DNA of 63,052 bases, filler included, from Salisapilia sapeloensis CBS 127946 (taxonomy: Eukaryota > Protista > Oomycota): the NCBI GenBank assembly GCA_023334545.1. It is 8 parts of 8 records of this genome, joined end to end, with 100 filler letters (N's around TTAATTAATTAA, not from the genome) between each part and the next. Parts side by side here need not be neighbours in the genome. Positions count along the whole stretch, not along the records: positions 52,105 to 57,198 come from JAADVB010000640.1; positions 57,299 to 61,849 come from JAADVB010000665.1; positions 61,950 to 63,052 come from JAADVB010001308.1; 5 more parts are not named here. One strand, written 5' to 3'. The translations under genes and the position numbers were made by a program. The notes beneath the pieces are model-generated. The model ran no database searches, was not told where the DNA came from, and was given only the letters and a program-made list of their open reading frames with translations. The stretch's first letter is position 1; every line of letters starts with the position of its first letter. Of the stretch, positions 54,860 through 63,052 are shown piece after piece.

Positions 54860-55876
54860 TTAACTAGTATTTTCTAACAGAGCGTTTACGGCAGCCTGCT
54901 CATCTTTCCCACATGAAATATACATTGCGAGTGCTAGGTCCCTTTCAAAGCCCATAGCACAAAGACGGTCGACCTTTTCATTTTCTACCTGGCTGATACT
55001 TTCATGTGAATCTTTGTGTTCGGATACGTCTTGGCCTGCTGTCATTCGATTCGCCCCATCATTGTCTGTGCTTTCGCTTTCTTGAGCGACTCCATCCGAC
55101 AGGAGAGATGGCGCTCCAAACGACCGGAGCGCTTCTACTGGATATTTGTTTAATAAGTGCAGCCAATCTTCAGGAGCATGCTCCTTAAGCAGCATCAGGG
55201 CAGCAAACACGTCCGTTTTGGCAAAGGACTGCACTCGTTGGAACAGAGGCTCTTCCAAAAGCGATCGGAACACCTCCAATGTCGAATCATTTGCCAGCAG
55301 TCCAACTGCCCTGTCATTATGCTTCTTCTGTTCTCTATTTGTTTCTGCTGCAGCAAGATTGCTACCACCCATCAACACATGCACTGCTGTTGCAACATCA
55401 TTATCGCTGGTTTCCAATGCCATGTGCGCAGCCTCTGCTTCAAAGCCCATCTCCATCAGTTGTACCACCTCCTTTGTGTCATCTTTTCGGCCGCTTTCGT
55501 CCATCTTTTGCTTTTTAAGCATCCTGTCGTCTTCATCTGTCTCCTGCTCGAGCTCCAATGTATCGTACGGAAGCTCCTCCGTCACGAAGACGAAAAAGTC
55601 TGAAGGTGACAGGGACTGGATATTAAAGTGATCCATGTCTGCAAGAATCTGTCCCTTAAACAAAACAAATGAAGAAGAGAATGTCTCGTCCTCTTCATCT
55701 CCATTTTCTGCTTTCGTTTCAGTATCGTTACGTGTGGCAGATGAGCATCCGCCTGCACCTGTCCGCAATTTAGAAAGAACTAGACGCTTCAAGTCTGCAA
55801 TCAGTAGCTGCTGTTCGCTCTCTGGTCGTGTCAATGCTACCTCTTGCCCATGTAAGCAAAGCACTCGTACTTTCAT
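54860..55876 (-). CDS. UBL-UBA-UBA protein (RAD23-like ubiquitin shuttle)
   Basis: N-terminal ubiquitin-like fold (VRVLCLHG, IADLKRLV, VLFKGQIL); UBA domains QLMEMGFE...NDVATAVHVL and RLCAMGFE...KDEQAAVNALL. Confidence 0.8.
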   Translation of the reverse strand: MKVRVLCLHGQEVALTRPESEQQLLIADLKRLVLSKLRTGAGGCSSATRNDTETKAENGDEEDETFSSSFVLFKGQILADMDHFNIQSLSPSDFFVFVTEELPYDTLELEQETDEDDRMLKKQKMDESGRKDDTKEVVQLMEMGFEAEAAHMALETSDNDVATAVHVLMGGSNLAAAETNREQKKHNDRAVGLLANDSTLEVFRSLLEEPLFQRVQSFAKTDVFAALMLLKEHAPEDWLHLLNKYPVEALRSFGAPSLLSDGVAQESESTDNDGANRMTAGQDVSEHKDSHESISQVENEKVDRLCAMGFERDLALAMYISCGKDEQAAVNALLENTS

Positions 55877-57298
55877 CGCTTGTACACGTGATAAATGCAG
55901 CTTTCGATTCTTTCTAGGGTTTGTTATCTTCTTAAAAAGCTCAATCTAGGGTGTATGTGTCTGGAGGATTATATTTTGGTGTCTCTTATATGCTAAGTAA
56001 GTTTTCAAGATACCTGCTAATTTGCATGATCTGTTTATAAGAGGTAATATGTATAAGAAAGGTCTAGCGGATTGACATCCATAAAAGAACAAGAAGATGG
56101 GGTCTGGAAACTTCGGCATTGTCATCCGAACTTACTGAAATAACTCTACATTACCAAGCGAACAGGCGTGAGTATTCTGCATTATTAAGCAATGTACAAG
56201 CGTCCAAAGTTGCAATCGCAGAAGTTTATCTTGACACCAGACAGTTTGGAAGTGGCAGAAAGTATGGCTGCATCATAAGATCTTACTTTGTCCCTGTTTA
56301 GCGTTGCTTTCTGGAGAAGTAGACGACAAGTTGCCATCGGCATATAGTGTCTGTCAGAATGGAAATTTGCGTAGCTTGTTCTAGCTGAGGTGCGAGCAGT
56401 CAAGTGCAGCTAAAGGGGGATAAGTGGTTAGCTCTACTGGTTGACGAAGTCTTAATGTCATTTATAGGAGGCGAATACAGTACAAACTGCATTTATCGGC
56501 ACTATTGCCGATCCAACGTTAAAATTACTATAAATGAGATAACTGCATTCGTAGAGCAAACCGTTTGGAAGAAGTATACCTCGCACTGCTATATAGCGCA
56601 TATGACTAATAGGTATAAACTCGCTTCGGTATATCTGGTTATTTATACACGCTATGGGTAGCAAGCAACAAGGAGTATCGATCGAGAAGATATCGACCTA
56701 TAAGCTTTAGATGGAAGATACTCAATATGACTACAATTTTCAGCATGCACTAAGTCACATACGATGACACTTCCTTTTTTCAAGACTATATCGAGATTTA
56801 CTCTTCTCATTTGGAGTCGGAAATTTGCTAAAGCTATTTGTTGTGCAATTATTTCTTTTAATGAGAGTCAAAAGATCATGCAGTTGTCGATCAAGGATGA
56901 AGCTAGAGATAGTGATCAATTCTGTTGATGGAGGCACAATGATAATAGAGATAATGGAAGTCGCCGTTCAGTCTAGTTCCAATGATATTGATCACTTAAC
57001 GGAAAGCTATGGGTGGTACCGTTATGAAAGACGACGATGCCACACTTTGATCCTCTAAGAGCAACAATACTCTAAGGAAACCCAAACCATAGCTTCATCG
57101 AGATCACATACTGAACAAAGCCTAATGTTAATCAATGGAACTATTAGCTCGATTAAGTCCCATTCCAAACATGTCGCTCCTACTCTCCTTTTTATCCCNN
57201 NNNNNNNNNNNNNNNNNNNNNNNNNNNNNNNNNNNNNNNNNNTTAATTAATTAANNNNNNNNNNNNNNNNNNNNNNNNNNNNNNNNNNNNNNNNNNNN

Positions 57299-60200
57299 AA
57301 CATGCAGTTCTTGAGGTCTTGATGGAGTCCGCTGAACTCAAAGTTGGATGGGTCGATGGAGCCGGAGCCGATGGTCGACGCTCCGTCCGACATTTCGTTG
57401 ATGAAGAAGCGCGCGCGTGCGGCCGCTAGGTTCGCGTAGTAGACTGGCGGGACGACCGAGACGGACCGCGTGCAGCGAGCGAACGTGAAGCACAAGTTGA
57501 ACGTCAGACGCTGGACGTCGTCCGGAGTCATCTCGTTCTCGTCGTGCAGCACCGTGTAGTGCGCCGGACAGCTCGTGCCCTGGATGCCGCTGTGGCCATA
57601 CAAGAAGAAGTCATATCGGTGCGGATCCACGACCTCCCGGTCGATAATCGTGCCTGGCGGAAGGTTACCGCTGCGGTCCAACTGACCCCGGGCGTCGCCG
57701 AATCCGCGCAAGTGGTGGCGCTTGTTCACCACGATGAATGTGACGGGAGGAAGGTAGTCGGAGCCCATCATCCGGCACGCCTTCCGCAGCGCCTGCATCT
57801 CCGTATTGAGCGTAGACACGAACTGTCCTTCGCTCACACCATCGCGATAGTACAAAATGCGCTCGGGGCGACGAGAAGTGTGCTGGTAAAAGGCCAGGAA
57901 GAGCTCTCGCAGCATGTCCGGGAGACTCACAATGTCATTCGCTGCCGTCTGCTTATCCACCCGCGCAATGTACTTTGCAGAAAAGCGATCTAGGCACGCA
58001 ACCACAGATGCGATGGACGGGCGGCGGCCAATGCCAGATCGGGGGTGCTCAATGCTGGCGCCAAGCACTAGCGTCGGCGTGTCGCTCACCATCGGTAGCG
58101 GTTCGCGCAGAATCGCATTCTTACCACTAAGCTTCATGTTGATCTTCAAACACACGTTGGCGCAGTATTGTGGACTCGCCTTAGACACATGCTTCGCGAC
58201 GATGCATTGCGTCGGAATGCCCAGCGTCGAGTCAGACATCCTTTTAATATCTCCGTAGCTTGCAGCTCCAGCATCCTTCTTGATGACCATAATCAATTGC
58301 GGGGGTCGGCCGTTGCGACGCTCCACCTGGTTCTTGCATTCAGTAATGAGCTCCTCGACTTGCGCTCCTCGGAATTGGTCCTGATGGATGATGACTGGTC
58401 TATCGTCTTGCACATTCATGTTGGATTTGCGTGCCATGCTGCAAATTGCTTCGACGAAGCGTCGGACTTCGTCCTCTCGGCAAGATGCGTTTACCACGAC
58501 TCCCCAACTGGACAATGTAGCTCCCTCGACGAATCTGCAATCACGCAAATTCCATGTGCCGTTGTTTGGACGCTGGCAACCGTTCTCATACTGAACTTCC
58601 GGAGTGTCAAGCTTTCGAGCCTCCAACTGCACCATCTTCGGGTCGACGTGGAGTCCAAACGCCTTCATGTAGTCATCATTCTCATGGCCAGCATCACGTA
58701 TTTGGTCCATAATGTTGTTACGACGGACGTGAGGCTTCTGACTCGTCTGCTTGATGATCTCAGCAGTGTCCAGGTCGTTGATATTGGCGCAGCGTTGACC
58801 AGCTGCCACTTCGCACAGCTCGATGGGAAGGTAGTTTTCTTTCTTCTTGCTACCGACATTGACCAGTGGCAGATTCGGGTACTGCAGACGAACCTTGTAG
58901 CGCTGTTGGAAGTACTCAGCGACGGAAATGTCGCCTTCCTTGCGCTTGATGATAGTGTCGGCTGCTGACTTTGGGGAAATGCCGCTAATCGGCCTCTTCG
59001 AAGCACTCCGATGCGTCGGCGTCACCTCAAGGCGACGGATCGCGCGAAGTAGGCTGCGTTTATCGTGCTCGGACATGCGGTCCAGATCCGACGGACTTCG
59101 GGCATCCGTTGCATCTAGAACCACGTCCATGAGCGGGCCTGCTGCATAGAAGACCGTCGCAGCCTGGTCCACGTTCAACATGAGCGAATTCTGCCCGATG
59201 CGGATGGCCTGGTGGTAGCCCCAGCACAGTTGCTTGCCACCCTTGAGACCGTGCGGGTTGCGCATCGAAAAGAAGTTTCGACCGACAGGAACGAGGCGCT
59301 GGGCACTCAGATGCCGACTGGCTACATCCAAAGCCTGGAGAATGCGCTGAGGGTTCTGCTCCGGGTCGGTCGCGTATGCCTGTAGCTCCGTCATGTCCAT
59401 GTGCTCCACAAGCTGGATCGTGACTTGGAGAGGAGGAGGTCCGCGACGACGAGGTGGGTTGCTCCCGTCTCCGCCAGCCGCGGCTGGGGGATCGCCTTCC
59501 GGGTGCACGTCTGAAATGACCTTGCGTTCCCACGGCAGTTGTTGAGGCGAGTAGAGAGCCGCCATGCCGTCGTGCACAAGGTGGATGGAGCCGATTTCGC
59601 CCTGAAGTTTCTTCAAGGCCTCGTTGATGGCCGGACGCATCAGACGCTTCGGCAGCTTGGCAGGCGAGTCCGAAATTTTCATTTCTTCTTCGTTCTTGGA
59701 GACGTCCTTCATCTCCTGGTCGCCGCTCTTCATCTCTTGGTCATTTCCCTTCATTTCCTGGTCTCCACTCTGATCTTTCGAGTCGTCGCCCATCGGATCG
59801 TCCTTCACTTCCTCGGTTTTCTCCTCCACTTTGCGCTCTCCGCCACCATAATGAGGGTCTGGTGCACGCTCTACCTTGACGTCATACTTGTAAATATTCG
59901 TCAAACCTGCGTCCAGTTGGACGTTGAAGTAGTTGACCGTCAGACGAATCGGAGTGCCTTCTTTTCCAATTGCAGGCCTCTTCGCCAGCGCCACATGCTG
60001 CGCCACGACCGGATCGTCACTCGGCACATCCAAGGGATGGTCCTGTCCATTCCACATTGCTTGGTCACGTGGATCAGCGAGGGGGTTTCCAATGCTCTCG
60101 TATCCAGAGCCTTGAATCGTGCCTGCACCAGGTCCAGTTGGGCCGCCACCGCGACCACCACCTCGTCCACCGCCTCTTCCTCCGCGTCCACCGCCACGAT

Positions 60201-60945
60201 CTCTACTGTGGTCCCCACCAGGACGTCCAGAGCTTCGGTCCCTCAGTCGGTCATCTCGAGGTTGACCGCCATAACCCCGTTCTTCTTGTGCACGTCCACG
60301 GTCGTAGCCTCGTTCATTGCGACGATCGCCACCGCGCTGTTCATACCCACGCTGTTCATATCCACGATCCTGTCCGCGCTGGTCGTAACCACGCTGCTCA
60401 TACCCGCGCTGCTCATACCCGCGCTGCTCATAACCTCGATCGTATGCTCGCTGGTCGTAACCACGCTGCTCATACCCGCGTTGGTCATAACCTCGATCGT
60501 ATGCTCGCTGGTCGTATCCGCGTTCACTGCGATGTCCACCCTCATATCCACGCTGGTCGTAATGTCCACTATGGTCGTACCCGCCACGATCATCATAGCG
60601 TCGGTCATGGCCGCCTCCGTAGCCGCGCTCTTCGTAACGCCGATCGTGTCCTCCACCGTGTCTCTGTTCATAGTACCCGCGCTCATCATAGCCACTGCGA
60701 CGGTCATCATAGCCACTGCGACGGTCATCGTAGCTACTTCGACGGTCATCATAGCCACTGCGACGGTCATCATAGCCTTCCCGCGCATACCGGTCATCGT
60801 GTCGACTACCGCTCCGACGCTGGTCGTAGCCACGGCTCCGGCGCTCATCGTATCCGCCGCCACTGCGTCGGTCGTCATACCCTCCACCGCCTCCACTTCG
60901 ACGCTCATCGTACCCACGGTCGCCTCCACCGCCGTGATAGCTCAT
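57299..60945 (-). CDS. AGO: Argonaute with a long repeat-rich N-terminus and substituted slicer residues; last codons cut by the contig end
   Basis: N domain (LTVNYF), L1 (LCWGYHQAIR), PAZ (ISVAEYFQQRY, YPNLPLV, YLPIELC), MID/PIWI (QCI, YANVCLKIN-like YCANVCLKIN, YRDGVSEGQF, GTSCPAHY, RCTRSVS). Confidence 0.97.
60300..60910 (-). repeat. Coding tandem repeats in the AGO N-terminus: 21-nt YDDRRSG units and 15-nt RGYEQ/RGYDQ units
   Basis: Repeated plus-strand TCATCATAGCCACTGCGACGG and CCCGCGCTGCTCATA. Confidence 0.9.
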
Positions 60946-61949
60946 GTCGTTCGAACGTGCCTGCGCTTGCTTTCCTCGCGCGCCGAAAGTGGAAATAAAC
61001 GTCAACTCGAGGCGGAAGATCGCAGGCTCTTTAGCCTCTGGCTTATTTTGGGCACATTTCGGAGTCTGGTGGCAAGCCAATCCAGACGTTGATTTAGCGT
61101 GGAAATCGAGGTAGAATTAACGATGCGTTTGAAGTTGCCTTTTGACGAGGATGTTGCCGTTCCATGTAGAAGTGTGCGGGCAGCTCTGGATGTCCGATGA
61201 TCTTCTTGATCGTAGCAGAGGTAGACGCATGCTAGTGAATCAAGTATGTTGGTGGTTGTCAAATGCGATGGTTGTCAATTTAAGACCGTGTTCTGTTTCC
61301 GCACTGCTTTCCACCCCATCCTTCAATTCGGACAAGCAATTCCGACCGGACAGGATGGTAGATTTGGCATCGATCTGCTAATGGGTGCCCGTCGTAGTCT
61401 AATCCCTTGCTATCTAGTAGAGAGGAGAAGTAGTTGGCATTGGAAACCTAATTGCAAAATGTATATCAATGGTATCGACGCTTGGGTCGAAGCTGCTCAC
61501 TTTGCCTAAGGGGTCCTCCATTCCACATAGAGTCCACTACCACCGACTATAGATGTATGCTCACTAGGCGTGTAGATAAAGATTCTAAGCAATACACCGT
61601 CGTTCTTGCTTCTAATCTAAGCTTGTCTTTGCGCGGAATCGGTATTCAGCAAAATGGAGAAATCACGTTGTAAAATTCTAGACATGATAATCGAATCAGG
61701 CAATTCTACGTTTGTTGAGAATATCCGATTTTGCTCTGCCACTTGCCATCGGAAAGTTAGCGTAGCACTTCCATGCAGCTTTCCCGTCAAACTAGGAATC
61801 TAAAAGCAAGTGATCGTTCGTCTTTGATAACATCATGAAGAAACCATCTNNNNNNNNNNNNNNNNNNNNNNNNNNNNNNNNNNNNNNNNNNNNTTAATTA
61901 ATTAANNNNNNNNNNNNNNNNNNNNNNNNNNNNNNNNNNNNNNNNNNNN

Positions 61950-62127
61950 CCTCCGGGGTAGCCGCTTGACTCATACTGAGCGTCGTTGCCAGACGCAAGA
62001 CTTCTTCCTGGACCAGCACAGGCTTGACCACCGCGACGTCATTCTGAGCTTCCACTGCCAGCTTCAGTAGATAGAAAACCTCCATAGTCGGCAAATCGGC
62101 TTGCTCCTGACTCGAATCCGAGGCCAT
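61950..62127 (-). CDS. 5' fragment of an unidentified protein cut by the contig end
   Basis: ATG-initiated open frame MASDSSQEQADLPTMEVFYLLKLAVEAQ... running into the gap. Confidence 0.3.
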
Positions 62128-63052
62128 GATTTTTCTCTTCTCTAGTTCTTCTCGCTTGCTTTTAACTCGTTCAAAACAATTGTGAGGAGGCCCAGGAGAA
62201 AGCGGTTTAAAGATGCGGAAGGAGTCCACAAAAGAGTCCTTCAAACATCTTCCCTGTACTTTTTACTCATTTAAAACGACCAGAGTTCCCACCAAGTTGT
62301 TGATGCACAGACAACGTTTTTCCGGAGAAAGATCCGCAAAATAATAGAAATGTACCGAGAGGGGCTTTCCCAGCAAACTAGAAGAATTTGCACGCTTTTT
62401 TGTGACAAAGAATTAATATATACATAATTATAAATGTATGAATATATTTATCTTTTAAAATCCAGGGATTCACCCTTACGGGTAGGTAGGCCCGGTTCAT
62501 TACGTGTCGTATCGCGTGAGCTGTCCAGTTCATAGTGCCTGATCGCCCAGGTTGCATCTCTGTAGCTGGAGGTGGTGAGAAAATTATGAACGTTCCATCG
62601 CGGGCTCCGACCGGTTGTTTCCAACTGTGAGATTGTCTCTCGCCATATATCCAAGAAGGATTTGCACGCTTGGCTATCTCATTGTATCTGTCTGATAATT
62701 ACTTCAAGCAACTGCGGAAGATATGGAAACTTGAATTCGAGGTACGCCAAGAGGGATGGAAAGATGCTACTTGCGACTGCATGGACCGAAACTGCAATTG
62801 TGTGCTTGTAGAGAGAGCCCATAAAGCCATCACTAAATACAGATATACACGGTGAAATGTATCTTGGCTTCACTTGCAATGCAAAGAACGCTCTGTGCCT
62901 GCGACATTAAATCCATACTTGCTGCTGGGAGGTCTTGTGCCTAGCTTCCATGCAGTCCACGGTGGCAGTGAACATCTTGCAAGGTTGACAAAGCCATGAG
63001 CACGCAACCAATGACAAAGCTCATCACGTGGCAAAGCACGATCTGTGGTTCG

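Noticed and set aside
55950-57198. Several 60-85-aa ORFs after the RAD23-like gene
   Set aside because: AT-rich, non-ATG or motif-free, with no coherent gene model.
26952-60945. Apparent co-location of an active retrotransposon and an Argonaute as a defence/counter-defence island
   Set aside because: They are on different contigs separated by artificial linkers, so there is no evidence of physical linkage.
59539-61092. Long ORFs opposite or overlapping the AGO N-terminus (517, 342 and 228 aa)
   Set aside because: Shadow frames of stop-poor coding repeats; the translations are low-complexity mirror sequences.

Overview
Eukaryotic, gene-dense DNA with short (about 50-70 nt) GT-AG introns. Gene content and retroelement style point to a flagellated oomycete (inference). 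The window is not contiguous: it is 8 contigs joined by seven 100-nt N-TTAATTAATTAA-N linkers, so adjacency across gaps means nothing. Several contig ends run exactly 141 nt into repeats, which looks like a k=141 de Bruijn signature. Contig 1 (1-26851) carries ANKZF1/Vms1, UBA1, an IFRD-domain gene, U2AF1, a Rieske protein, a 66-aa smORF, a WD40 gene, SPT5, an LRR-IQ-WW-Tudor gene, a DUF389 gene, a cytosolic carboxypeptidase, a dynein light chain, a TPR gene and the 3' end of histone H3. Contig 2 (26952-35004) is an intact Ty3/gypsy chromovirus of about 8.3 kb reconstructed length. It has a canonical -1 frameshift signal with a predicted pseudoknot, an 8-nt Ty3-like PBS, three tandem conserved hairpins inside pol, a split chromodomain, and a 622-aa antisense ORF with a Cys/His domain, a coiled coil and Inr-like motifs upstream. 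The antisense ORF is the most interesting candidate system. Contig 3 (35105-47386) is bounded by an inverted duplication of the MIP18/CIA2B gene and encodes PP2C, a Chibby-like protein, a 1023-aa membrane-anchored beta-repeat protein resembling a spike or fibre, and a pseudokinase/coiled-coil/Zn-finger/ARM protein. Later contigs carry ELF1, a probable prolyl-4-hydroxylase fragment, GLDH, a RAD23-like gene and an Argonaute with two substituted slicer residues (D to S, H to N).
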